A DNA stretch of 64,000 bases from Sminthopsis crassicaudata (taxonomy: Eukaryota), in NCBI RefSeq assembly GCF_048593235.1, contig NC_133619.1, positions 433,035,644 through 433,099,643 of the forward strand, read 5' to 3'. The notes under the pieces are model-generated. The model searched no databases and had not been told where the DNA came from. It saw only the letters and a program-made list of their open reading frames with translations. This document shows, piece after piece, positions 1-13,600 of the stretch (positions within the stretch are counted from its first letter, which is position 1; each line of letters begins with the position of its first letter). The position numbers were made by a program, and so were the translations under genes.

Positions 1-1120
1 CTTCCTTCAGAAGATGGGATTTTAGCTGGAATTTTAAGTCAGGGAGGCCAGTGGTTAGAGCAGAGGAGGGAGAGGGCTCCTGGCAGGGAGGACAACCAGA
101 AGGTGTTTTCTGGACAGAAGAGCACATGGCAAGAGAGGATGGGGCTAGGCTATGAATGGCTGCCAATGAGGGTTCCACAATTGCTCCTGGGGATGCCCGG
201 AGGCTGCTGAGTTGATCGAATAGGAAATGACACCAAGCTACACTTTAGGAAAATCAATGTAGGAGTTGAATGGAAATGGACTGAAGCGGAGACAGGCTGT
301 TGCAGCAGGTAACAAGGCCCTGCTTCCAGGTGGCGGCAGTGAGGGAAGAAAGGGGAGCATACCTGAAAAGCACTGCAAAGATGAAGTTCACACGCCTTGC
401 CACAATGTGGATGATTGGGGGGGGGATCGGAGATCAAGAGACACTGAAAAATCTAAAATGTCTCCTAGGTGTGAACCTATGGACTGAGGGGACAGAAAAC
501 TTACCAAATGGGGAGGGTTTCGGGGAAAGTTAATGAGTTCCGTTTTGAACTTAGGGAGTTTAGGATGTCTCCTGGCCATCCGGTCTGTAGTCTGAAAAAT
601 AGCTAGAGGAACTGTCACAGGATGCAACCCATCAGCATAAAGATGGTAATTAAATCCATGATGAGATTGCCAAGTAATATAGGAGAAGAAAAAGAGAAGG
701 TAGGACATCCCCTGAAGGACATCCAGAGTAATTGTTCTCAAAGTGTGGGTCACAGAATCCTGGGTGGGGGGGTGGCGGGTGTCTCTAAAACAGCTTCAGG
801 TGGTCTATAAATTCAAAACCAGTTTTTTATTTCTAACATGGTAAATATCTATAAATATAACTCACATAAGCAAAAACTCTTCGGACTCAACAATTTTTAA
901 TAGTACAAAAATACCCAAAACCTAAGTTTGAGAGCCATTGAGCTAGAAAAGGATCCAACAAAGGAGACAGAAATGGAGCAGGCAGATAAGTAGGTGAAGA
1001 AGGGCAGAGTGATGTCCCAAAACCTAGAGAGGAAAAGTGACTAACAAAGGTGACCAAAGGCTGTAGGAAAATCAGGGAGAATAAGGATTAGGAAGAGGCA
1101 TACTTCTACTCCAGGGTAAA
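1..1120 (-). mobile_element. Degraded L2 LINE fragments
   Basis: Purine-rich strand with gttaatgagttccgttttgaac...gagtttaggatgtc motifs typical of antisense L2; ends approximate. Confidence 0.6.
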
Positions 1121-1192
1121 AGGACAGACAAAATGATAAAAAGTATTCAAAATTCACTTTAAAATCTGGGGCTTTGCGGGGGAAGCTTTAAG

Positions 1193-1920
1193 TTATTTAT
1201 ATACACTTTTTTTATATATTTCCATATGAATTATGTTGGAAGAGAAAAAGCACAACAAAAGGGAAAATACAAGGGGGGAAAAAAAAGATGGAAATGGTAT
1301 GCAATGATTCACATTCAGTCTCCATAGTTCTCTCTGGATGAGGATGGCATTTTCCATCACAAATCTACTAGAATTGCTTTGGACCACTGAACTGCTGAGA
1401 ACCAAGTCTAGCATAGTTGATCATCACACAATCTTCCTGTTGCTATGTTCAATATTTTTTGGTTCTGATTGTTTCACTCAGCATCAGTTCATGTAAATCT
1501 TTCAAGGCTTTTCAGAAATCAGCCGGTTCATCATTTTTTTATAGAATAATATTCCATTACTTTCACATACCATGACTTAAGTCAGCCATTCTCCAATTGA
1601 TGGGCATCCACTCATTTTCCATTCCTTGCCACTACAAAAAGGGCTGTCACAAACACTACAAAAAGGGCTCCCTTTCCCTCTTTGATGATTTCTTTTGGAT
1701 ACAGACCCAGTAGAAACACTGCTGAATTAAAGGGTATATACAAAGTTTTAAAGCTCTTTGGACATAGTTCCATATTGCTCTCCAGAATGGTTGGATTTGT
1801 TCACAACTCCACCAACAATGTATCAGTGTCCCAGTTTTCCCACATCCCCTTCAACATTTATCATTATCTTTTCCTGTCAACTTAGGCAATCTGAGAGGTG
1901 TGAGGTGGTACCTCAGTGTT
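1193..1920 (-). mobile_element. Older L1 3' end
   Basis: Reverse complement resembles the L1 at 23034-23729 (ccattctccaattgatgggcatcc, ttggatacagacccagtag); ends approximate. Confidence 0.85.
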
Positions 1921-2109
1921 GAAAAACTGGTTTTCTTTTAAGGTTAAAATTTAAAGTTGAAGTTCAAAGGAAATATAGTATGTACTAAGTACAGAGGTTC
2001 AATCTGAAGTGAATTTTTTAAGAAATTCAAAACTAAAGTATTAGAATACCTTGCTACTACCTTCTGGAGAGACATATTTATTCATGGTAGTTTGTTACAA
2101 ATGCTAAAT

Positions 2110-2116
<7 letters not shown>

Positions 2117-2159
<43 letters not shown>
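2117..2159. repeat. (TA)n microsatellite
   Basis: 43-nt uninterrupted TA run. Confidence 0.98.
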
Positions 2160-2161
<2 letters not shown>

Positions 2162-2719
2162 CTAATTTACTTAAAGCTAATAAATACATTGCCCAAGATT
2201 ATACCCTCTCATTGGGATGTTAACAATACTGTCTTGAATTAACCAAAATTTATCTTCTTAAATAAATTAGTTTGAGATCAGGTTGACTAGCTGAAATCCA
2301 GAAATCCAAAACAAATAATACTAATGATTACAACAGTTCTAGGAGTTGTTCTTGGTTTGTTTTGTTTTGTTTTAGGAATTACTAAAGACAGATTTGCAAC
2401 TCCTTTAAAGTACTTTTTAAAAGATGCAATAATTGATATTGATCCCCAAATGCATCAAATTATTATGAACAAGATTTCATGTGAAATTTTACTCAATTCT
2501 AAGGTTATCTTAAATCTTCCCAAACATTTCTTCTTGTGATGGCAACTTCATTTTTTTTTAATAATAGCTCTTTATTTTTCAAAATATACGGCAACATTTA
2601 CCCTGGAAAAACCTTGTGTTCCAAATGTGACTCACTCCCTCCCTCCCTTCCCTCCCCCATCCCCTAGACAACAAGTAATCCACTATATGTCCTTCAATTT
2701 TGGAGAGTAACAGTAGCAT

Positions 2720-3040
2720 CACACACACTGTTTTGACTTTTGAGTGAACTGAGTTTAAGTGAGTCAGAATTGCACAGTCACCAGACTCACTCTCTCTTAC
2801 TGAGTCACTGAAGTCCAGTGGCAGGACAAAAGTCAAGATGACTGATGATGGCCATAGATGCACTGGATTCCTAGGCTTCTTCAATGTCTGACCAAGCTCA
2901 AAGCATTCCAAAGAGCCTGCTTCATTCATCCTCATGAGTCCTGGAACAAATTGATCTCATCCACCCATCTGCATGGGGGAAGTCTTCACATGCTTGGGGT
3001 AGACAGGTAGACATCCTTCAAACTCACCAACAGATTCCTC
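2720..3040. mobile_element. Marsupial interspersed repeat (RTE-related SINE-like), family not assigned
   Basis: ggaacaaattgatctcatcc...ggggaagtcttcacatgcttggggtagac resembles recalled marsupial repeat consensi; orientation uncertain. Confidence 0.4.
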
Positions 3041-3649
3041 TCAACAAATGCTCCAACAGCTTTACCAAAAAAGTGTCTTCATGTAGGTCTAAAGGTGTTG
3101 TTGGACAAAATTAAGGGTACTAGAATTATCTTCATTAATTCCAAACAACTGGGGAAGTGAAAGAGTGAAAAATTCAACTTTCAACCAAGTCAAACTGCCT
3201 CATTAGTACACATTAAATATCATCTAAAGAGCAAATATGAGTATGTTTTAATGAAAACATACATTAAGAAGTAGAAAAAATTGAAAGGGTAATGTGGAGA
3301 ATTAGTGGAGCAAGAAAGAAGGAAAGACAGGAAACCCCAATTCATTTTGGAACTTGCCAGCCCAGGGCTTGAGATGACCTCCCCATCACTCACTGAAAGT
3401 TTCAACAAAGTCTTAATTGGATGTCTTTGTGCAATGGAAATAGTAGGGTTAAAAGCACACCAACAAGATTTCACCGACATGGTACATATGGTGAAAAGAG
3501 TCTTGGCTCGGAGTCAGAGGATCTGACCTATTATCCCAGCTCTGGGACTTTGGGCAACTCTCCTCCTCTCTGGGCCTCTTCTTATTGGCAAAATAAAGGG
3601 ACTGGATTAAGTGACTCCCAGGTCTAAATCTACAGTCCTATCAATCAAC

Positions 3650-4400
3650 TATTAATTGTTTACCATGTGCTGGACACTGTGCTGCTGCTAAATATGAATA
3701 TATACAAAATAGTTAAAAACAAGATCCTTTGGGAGGGAAGACACTAACAATTGGGGATATTTGGGAAGGCTTCATGCAGGAAATGGTACCAGAGCTGCAT
3801 TTTAAAGGAGAGAGGAAAAAAGATGAATTGTACTCCAGGCATATAGTGGACAGTAACTGCAAAGGCACAGAGAGAACAAATAGAGTGTATGTGAAAAACA
3901 AAGAGAACTACAACAAAAACTACATGAGGGGCAATAATGTTCAATGATAGGAGGAAAAATAGTAAGATTAGGTTGTGCAGTATTTCAAAAGCTAAGCAGA
4001 AGAGTTCATAACTTATCTTAGAAACAACAAGGAAAGTTCATTGAGGACAGCCATCACACGGTCAGATCAGTGCTTAAGGGAAATTACTTTGCCAACAGTG
4101 TGGAGGATGAAATGATGAGAGACTTCAGGCAAAGAGACTGACTAGGAACCTGCTGCAACCATCTAAGAGAGCCCTGGCCTGGTGGGAGCGGCACTGTGAT
4201 GTTAGAAATGTTAACGGATTATTATGGGGGATTAAAGGGAGTCCAGGCTATGCTGAGGCTGCAATCTAGGATAAAATCAAGGTGACTTTTGATCTGATTT
4301 TTCATGCACAGCATGACAAATATGGAAATATGTTTAGAAAAATTGCACATGTTTAACTTATATTGAATTACTTGCTGTCTAAGAGAGAGGGGAAGGTAGA
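3650..4400 (-). mobile_element. Degraded L2 LINE fragments
   Basis: ttaccatgtgctggacactgtgctg, ggaaggcttcatgcagg, gcaacagtgtggaggatg motifs; ends approximate. Confidence 0.55.
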
Positions 4401-7273
4401 GGAAGAGAGAAAAACTTGAACAAGGTTTTGCAAAGGTGAATTTTGAAATGTATTTGGAAAATAAATAAAATAAAGGTGAAAGAAGTGTGTTCATATGCTA
4501 AAAAAAAATAGAATTGATTGTATATGGAAATCACAATACTACCATATTACACAATTATTTTGTCATTATTTTACAGAAACATTTTCAAAATGCTAAGTTT
4601 GAAAACATTCAAGATAGATAACTAGAACTATAAATAATTTAAAGGTTCCAAGGCATCCTCTGAAGAAAAATTTAGTATTGGAAATTCAATTTCTTGAGCC
4701 ATATGTTTGTGGTTCTTTTTTTAAAATTTTGGGTTTTGGGGGGGAGAGGGGCACAAGTCTTATTTTAAGATATACAACATGGGAAAATTAACAAATAAGG
4801 CATTTACTAAAAAATTTTAAGCAGGGAATTCTATTATCAACAGACGAAGAATTGCTGAGTTAACCCTCCATGGCTCTCAAAAAACACCATTCTTGGCAAA
4901 AGCTAAAGACGACTGACTGTACCTGGTACCTGTCCCCAGGCTCCCCACTTATCACTGTCCTGGGAAGCAGCATAGATTTAGAGACAGTTCTGTAATCTTG
5001 GGCTAAGTCATTCTTAAACCTCTCAGCCATGATTTCTTCATGTATAAAATGAGGGGGGTTCTTTCTTCAAAAGTTGTTTCTCGTTCTAGATTTCAGATGA
5101 ATTCTATGTGGTAGTTATAAAGTGTAGAGCAATCTGGCAGGTTTCAAAACATGCCCTGAAACTGAAGCTACAGGAAACAAAAATAACTGAACTCAATGGA
5201 AAAGACTGCAATGTATTATGAAGTACTGCAACACTAACATTGCTTTTTTACCTTGAACAGTTGGTGAGGAAATGGGGAGGAGAAGAGATGAAATACCTAA
5301 CAAATACCCAGAGTTCATTCCTCCAATTCAAAAGAGTCCTTGGAGCTTTTCAAGGGGCTACTCAATATGCTGCATCTTGGTAATACAAATAAAAGTCCAT
5401 ATAGAGACCAAAAGACTGCTCCTTACACATCACCAAAGACTTATTTCAGACACCAAAAAAAGAGGCCCCCCAGTTCACAACAACAAAAAAAAACATATTT
5501 AAGAATTCAGCAAACATATTCACAAGACCTATTTGAAAGATAAGTATAACAATTTAGAAAAGCTGGTTTGCTCAAGACTTTTTCAGGAATTCACTGAATG
5601 ACATAAAAACAAGAATATCCCCAAAGTCTCGAAGCAGTTTTTAAGGTTTTGGGGGTTCTTTTGGTGGTGGGGGAGGAGTGATTAGCTTAAAATGGCACAT
5701 TTGGGATGGTTGGTGGTAGACGTGGGAGGGAGCAGAAATAAGAAAAAAGGTTAAAAGGACCACCAAAAGCCACTCTATCACTTATACTTTTATTTATTAC
5801 TATGTAAGTTTTTTGTTAAAAACTGATTGAGGCCAAAGTTTTAACAAAGGGCTTGTTTTCATATATGAGGTATCAAGTGATGTGCAAATGGTAAATGAAT
5901 TATACCAAGGGAACTTATCTATTGTTATTATATATGAAACTATTTTGTCCAGACTAAAAACTATACTGACAGGAGATAGATTATAAATAGGGCACAGAAA
6001 ACTTAGATCAAGAAGTATCTCTGTAGTTTCAATACTAGCAAGCTTTCTCCTTGGGATCCCATATGTATAGAAAAATATTCAAAATTCACACATTAGAGCA
6101 GAAGGCAACTTGTTCAATAGTATTAATGTTAGGATATTACCATACATAGATTACCGAGGTTCATTTTAAACCACAGAAAAGAAATGCAAATGTCCTGCAA
6201 ACATATTTAGATGTAACAGACATTAGCTTGCTTAGAAAGAAAGCCCCATGTATAATGAGATAAAATTTAAAGAGCAATGTGCTAAAACCCATTCTCAGAT
6301 CCTTAAAAAAGGAAATCAAGAACATTCATCAGTTATATGTGGCCTGCAACATCCAAATAAAGGAAACGAAAAACTTTTAAAATATCCAATTATTTTTCTC
6401 TTGGTTTTGGGGGGGGGGGGAAAGTGTTTCATGTTCAGCACCTTATTTAATAATTGTCTCCCCAAAGTTAACTGAAAAAACAGATAACAAGGCAAACACT
6501 AACAACACAATAGTATTTGTTTACTGATTCAATAATGCCATTCCAAAGTAGTAACATTAAAGAAGTCCTTTTTCTATTAAAAAAATTTCACAAATAAGAA
6601 ACTTCTCTAAATAGTTTTTAGAGTTGAACACCTTACAACAGCAGCTCAATGAGCTATTTTAGAAACAAGCACAAAAACTCTTATTCCACCAAAAAAAAGA
6701 AAATTTATTTCTGTTTTAAAATGAGCAAATTCACTGCAACATTAACCTCTTTTTCTGATACAAGGCAAATAACAACAAGTGCACATCTTAAATTTGGTTG
6801 GTCACAAATCAGAATGCTATCCTCTTTTTGATGCAGCAGAAAGTAATAAATAAGTGAAAATTAAATACTTCATATCAACAGTTTGGTATTAACAATTCAG
6901 TGGTGCCATCCCTACATTTGAAGGACAACAGAGTCTGGTTTTATAAAAAAATACTTGATATGACATGTCAGTTGGGCTAAAGATATTTTAAGATATAATT
7001 AGTTGTTCCTTTTTTTCTTGAAGGAAGACAATGTGATCACTGTCCACCAGTGCAGTAATGCATTTTTAACGGGGATAAGTGACCAGTTGGTCCATGGCAC
7101 AATCATATATTTCACACATCTGTCAGAACGGACCCTGTGCAAAAGGCTCCATGTATTTATAAGCAACAATACAAACTGACAATGCCGTCAGTCCTTCACA
7201 CTTTTTAAAAAAATATCTACATTTATCCTCATAAATGCCTAAATGTTAAACCATCATTTGTTCAAAGAAAGAG

Positions 7274-7407
7274 NNNNNNNNNNNNNNNNNNNNNNNNNNN
7301 NNNNNNNNNNNNNNNNNNNNNNNNNNNNNNNNNNNNNNNNNNNNNNNNNNNNNNNNNNNNNNNNNNNNNNNNNNNNNNNNNNNNNNNNNNNNNNNNNNNN
7401 NNNNNNN
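7274..7407. other. Assembly gap (N run) in the PLEKHA3 3' UTR region
   Basis: Ns. Confidence 1.
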
Positions 7408-7541
7408 TTTTTTAACATTATTCTATAAAGTGCAGAGAAATCCTTCTAAGTAAAGGGAAAAAACTACTCCCTATAACAACAATATAATTACAGCAGCTTT
7501 TGCATAGCAATACTTAGAGAAAGTTGGACACTTCAATTTCC

Positions 7542-7669
7542 TCAGGAAGAGAAGGATGGAGGAATATCTTCCAATTCAGATCTTTTTTTGGTCACAGTTC
7601 TGATTTCTTCAGGAATGGTTGCTGATGCCAAATCTCCATTGAGCATATTTCTTGAACAGTGAACAGGTC
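7542..7669 (-). CDS. PLEKHA3: PLEKHA3 last coding exon ([42 protein letters not shown])
   Basis: cttaatag| acceptor; TGA at 7542-7544; 128 nt. Confidence 0.95.
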
Positions 7670-10600
7670 CTATTAAGAGAGGTATTAATACTTTAAAACT
7701 TCCTTTCCAAGACAAATCAATGTTAAGTATATTTTTCTATTATTGGATGCTTCCACTATAGTTCTTTCTAGTCCACTGAAAAGATGGTTACTCCAAACTC
7801 TATTTTACAAATGAGGAAGCTTAAATCCGAAAAAGGTCATAAAGTAAAATGGTCGCTTTAAAACTAGACTTCAAGTCATACGATTAAAGGACTCAGGGCT
7901 TGAAAGGAGCTTAGATCATCAGTTTAAATGCTTTATCCATCAATTAAGATTACTACATACCATTTACAGGAAAGTAATGCAATATAATGGAAAGCATATT
8001 GTCTCTGGAACAAGCGGACCAGGACTCAAAAACATGCCTGCATGACCTTAGGGCTCAGGCATTGAATATCCCTGGGCCACAGCCTGCTCATCTATAAAAC
8101 GGTGGTACTGACCAGATAACTTCTGAGGTCTCGTTCCAGATTATGATCCTATAACAAGGTCTTACACTGAAGCTCCCCAATACTGCCAGTGAACCCAATA
8201 GGGCTCAATACAAAAGCAGTTATACACCACAAGAAGTGAAAATTCTTCCGTAATTTTCTCATAAGTCTCAATTTCTCAGCAGTCCAGTGGTATGGTATCT
8301 ACGCTAACTGCCAGCAACCCACAAAGTTATTAATCAATTGTTAGCCTGTGGCTAAAAGCTTCATCTATTCTTGAACTACAGAGAAGTCTCAAGCCAGGTC
8401 TGTATCGAATCTGATATAATCAATACTTTAGGAAAATAGATCTCAAAAATTTTAGAATTAGAATAGGAATGATCCTATCACTGCAGAATCTAAAATGGAA
8501 TGTGGCTCAAATGTCACTAGGATTGTATAAAGTAATGAAAACTTTTGACTACTGTAAAAGGAAAACAAGAAGGCTATATAGAGGGAGTTCCGCGGTGAGC
8601 TCAGATTTTTAAAAAGCATGTAAAAAACGAAAGGAAATGAATGGAAAAGGAAAAGGAAAGACATGTATTTTTTAAAATGGCACAAAAAATGGAGAAAGTA
8701 AGTTTAAAGTCAGGAAGGAGCTGAAGTTTCCATTAAGTAGAATGAAAAATCTTATAAAGCTATATTTGGAACAAGATGAAGAACAAAGAAAGAACAAACC
8801 TACTTTTTGGGGAAAATGGTGTAATCTTGACAGAATACAATTAGAAATCAGAACTACTTAATTTTGATTTTGTTTCCACATTCTCCATCAAAGAAAGTAA
8901 TCTTCAAACAATATGGGCAGAGTATGGTGAACTAAAAAGCCTGAAATCATTTGGGACCAGTATGGGATCAGTCCCAAATGGTTCTAGAAGGACCAAAATT
9001 TGTCATTCTAATGAATAGGTAAAAATGTTATTCAAATGATGGGGTAAAATGAAATAGATGGGTATTAAAAGAGTGGGGATGGCACTGGAAAAAACTGAAT
9101 GGTACCACACTTCAGGGATGCAAAAAGGATGCCTGCACGAAGTGAGGAGTTTATCCTAGTACCTGAAGGCAGTCAGTAGTGCACCAGATACTTTGGGCTT
9201 TGAATCAAGAAGGCTTAAATTTAAATCATTCCTCAGATATCTGCTAGTTATACAAAACAATTTCTTTCACCCTCAGTTCCTCCATCTGATAAATGAGGTG
9301 ACAGACTAAAATGAGGTGACTATATCATCAATAAAGTATCTGCACTATTTACAATGATTTTTAACAGGCCCTTTTAACAGTTTAGCCATTGTTTCAGTGC
9401 CCTTGTCAAACTTAAAAATGATAAAAAAAAATATTCAGCTTCATGGCAACAATACAAAGACTTATCTACAAGTTGGATGAACCAAGTTTACACTGTGTAG
9501 TAAACTGGATTATAAAACTTTCATACCACTTAATGTTAAGTGGTTAACATCAAGAGAAAGATTATCTGAAATCAATAAAATTTAAAGATTTCAAAGAGAA
9601 ACTATTAGATAAATGATCAATTTATCAATTTAGCCCAATCATGGTCCTTCAAATATATGATATAGTTATCATGTCCCCAAGAAGTCTTATCTTCCCTAGA
9701 CAAACACAATCAATTCCTTCTACTGGGCTTCATATGGCATAACAAGGGTCTTAACCATTCTGGTTATCTACCTCTGGATGTTATTCAGTTTATCAAAGTC
9801 CTCCCTAATATATTAACTTCCAGAAAGGAACACAAGATTCCCAATATCTTTTCTTTAGAAAGAATACAACAGATTAACCCATCTCTAGTCTTTGCTGTTA
9901 TATCTCTCTCCAATGTAGCCTAAGATCAACTTAACTTTTCTGACTCACTGAGTTTGTCAATAAAACCCAAAGATTTTTTTGGAACAATGTTACCTAGTAA
10001 CCCTTCTTCCATTTTGTTGCTGATGTTAATTTTCTGTATTACAATGATAATATTTGTCCTGATTTTATTTCAGCCAATGTGCTGGTTATTCTTTGTATCA
10101 TTATTCTGCAAATTTAGTAAGCAGATCATCAGTGCCTTTATCCAAGTGATAAAAGTAGAAAAAAAGCGCACAAAGCCAACTACAGCTCTCTAGGCTACTC
10201 TAATTGAGAGCACCTTCCAAAATAACAGTGAACAATTAGATATGCAGTATGGCATGTAATAAAATGTTCAGGGAATCAATTTTGGAGCCAGAATGACCTA
10301 GTTTCTGGTTGTGCCTCAAATAAATATTGAATAACAGAAGCTGGATAGTAACACTGAATAGAGTTCTGGATTCAAATTCAACAAAGCCTGAATTCAAGTC
10401 TGCCCTTAAAACATTCATTAGCTGAGTGACCCCAGACAATCACTCATTTTCTTCATCTATAAAATGGGAATAATAATAATTGCACTAGTTCCCAGAGCTG
10501 TGACAAATATCAAATGAGACAGTATTTGTAAAGTGCTATGCTATGCAAATTTAAAAGTTTAAATTTAAAATAAAAATTTTAATGTGATAAAACCCACTCT

Positions 10601-13600
10601 AATTGAGATCTCCTAAGATGGCAGTGAGCAATCAATTAATAGAAATAGTCTCTAAGATAATAAATCTCAAAGAAGATGCTGACTTGCATTGGTAGAAAGA
10701 TTTCTCATGTAGAAAGTTCCCTGTACCAATGTAATGGTAAGCCTCATCCTTCACCCTCATCAACCAATTATGCTGGCAACATGGAGACTTTCTCTTCTAG
10801 ACTTGGAATATTCATTAGTTGAATTTCCTTGGGAATCATTTATGATTCACCATTTTTCTCCTTCTCTAACTTAAAAAACATCATGGAACAGCAACAGAAA
10901 ATATTTTCATTTTATAAAGATATTTAGCATTTCTTAATTACTAAAAAAAAGTTTATGACAAAACACTTGAGTTTCTTTTAACTGTATGTCTCACTCTAAA
11001 TCACACATGTGTGTGCTAAGGTCTATAGCAATCAGTATCTTCACTCAACAGCATCAGTCTGGGAGACCCACAGTAAGAATGCTAATAAAATCCAAAGGCA
11101 GCTACACCTGCTTTCAAACTTACTATCTGGGTCTTCAGGGGGCATATCATTGTAGTCTGTATCTGAGTAGGTTCTTCTGCGCCGTTGGGAAATCCGATGA
11201 AGTGAAGGCCCTGGTTCTTTTACAGTGTGACTACTCCTACAAAGAAAGTAAGTTAATTTACTTTTCAATTAAATAAATTCAAACATTCCCAAGTTGACTT
11301 GAAGCCTTAAGTCACTTCTATTTAAATGAAGAAGAAATCTCCTTCAAGTTAACACACTAACCAAAACAGATTTCTTAATTGAGTTAGATGAAAAATAGTC
11401 ATCACAAAATCCAAGTACTTTTCTCTGAAAGGAGAAACTGTAGCCTTCTGAAAAACCTTTAATCAGATTCTTTTGGTTCAGAATTCTAGGTGAACTAAAA
11501 CTTTTGATTAAAAAAGGTCAGTGGTCTAGTTTTCCAACCACATATAGGCAAATGAAACCATAACTATAATGCTGTTGCATTATTAAAAAAAAATATGCCA
11601 AATGTTAATATTTAGACATACTGATAGCAATGAAAGACACTAATTGATAGCCAATGAAGAGACAAAAGCAAGAATAAAAGTAGAGCAGAGGCTTCTAGGA
11701 GTTAGAAGAGAAAAGTCCCTTAGCAATCTTTTAGGTCAACACCTAAGTTTTAAAGATGAGGAAAGTGAGTCCTATAATGATGAAATATGTCACCCAAGGT
11801 CATAAAGGAAGGAAGTGGAAGACTCAGGATCCAAACCCAAGTTTTCTGTCTCCAAATATGATGACACTCTTTCCACTGCATGGTGGATATAGGGATATTA
11901 AATATTGCTAAGTCAACAGTTTGAAGGAATTATTCTATCATAGTATGATCATTATTAACATTCATAATGATCCTAAATCATTAAAGATTAATTATGTTCT
12001 ACAAATTTTGCCTACTAAGGTAAAATGAAAATAAATCCACAAATAATTCCATCAAAATGTTTATTCAATTAAAATTCCCATCAGATATGTTCAAAATAAA
12101 AAGATGTGTTAGCACTTAAAAGTGAGAGGTGCATATAACAGCAGATTTTTTTTTTTATAAGTAAAAAGTGCTGTACATTTTTCTCTTTTTCTTTTTTCCA
12201 AAAATTCTTTGCTTTCAGGTTGGCTCTGTGGAAAGGATTAGGAAAATAACTTAGGGAGAAATGGAAATGATGTAAAAACAAAAATTCAATTAAAAATTAT
12301 TTTAAAATAATAAATGGCAGAAGCTGCAGTTTGCCACAAAATGTACTTATATGAAGCTAGCTAGCTACTCATTTCCTGATGATGCTGGACAAAATTTTAA
12401 TTAACATATCTGTTTCAGAATTTTCTTTTAAATAATTGAGGCAGAGAAAGATCTTAGACCAAAAAAAAAAAAATCTATTATAAAGGAACACCTAAAACCT
12501 TAGCTTTTTGAGAGAGAATATTATAAGGATCCAAATTAGGAAACTTGACTAATGCTAAAAAATCTACATTCCTCTGCTGCATAGACCAATTTAAAAACCT
12601 GGGACTATTAGAGATTATTCAAGAAAGTTAAACTACTAAAAAAGAAATCTCCTAACATCAATTTGACTAGTATTTATATTTAAACATCCATGAGTTTTTC
12701 TTCTGATTTTTCAGTTTTTCACCCTCATTATAACTTTTTTACCTCTTAATATGATGAAGAAATACAATAAGCTACACATCAACCTTTGAGACCAGAAGTT
12801 TCAACCAAATACCCACAGATTAATGTATACTTTGGGATACTTGCAAGCACCTTACAAATATGCAAAGCCATCAGCTGATAAATAGCACTAGTGCTATTTT
12901 ACACACCAAATCTTATTAATGTCAAAAGCAGCAGCATAATGTATTGAACAAGGCACAGGGCTTTGGAGTCAGGCTGACTTGGATCAGCTCCTGCCTAGAA
13001 CTCTTACTGCCTATATGACCTTAGACAAACTTTACCTCCATCAACCTCTTCCTCCTCTATAAAATGAGAAGGTTTTATTCAATGACTTCTCAGGTCTCTT
13101 CTAGGGCAGCAGTGGATAAGAGCACTGGGCTCGTAGATAGGAAGATCTGGGTTCAAATCCAGCAAATCCAGCCTCAGACACTTACTATCTATGTGGCCTG
13201 GGCAAATCACTTAACCCTGTGTTTCTTGGTTTCCGTAACTATAAAAATGAACCAAAAAAGGAAATATTAAATTATTCCAGTATCTTTGTCAAAAACAAAA
13301 CAAAACAAAAAAACATATAGGAAAGGGGATCACAAAGAGCTGGACAAAACTGAAAATGACTAAACAATAAGGTCCCTTACAATACTAAATCCTATGATCC
13401 TGTAGGCTTTCCATGGAGAGGTAGTATATAGGAAGAATGAATAAAAAAAAGAAAAAAAGACAATTTTACCTCTCAGAGCTGTAAGAACCAGGGTGGCTGA
13501 TGGAACGTTTCATCTAGAAATTAAAAAAAACAAAAACAAGATATAAATTAAAGATGCACAAAATTAATTCCAAAACAATACATACTACAAATATAATCAA

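Noticed and set aside
9954-10193. Hydrophobic small ORFs here and at 42068-42484 as possible membrane peptides
   Set aside because: They arise from T-rich strands of L3 and L2 relics and have no splice or conservation support.
10197-10608. 13-bp direct repeat ACTCTAATTGAGA, 399 bp apart
   Set aside because: It does not bound a single element, and such a match is expected by chance in AT-rich DNA.
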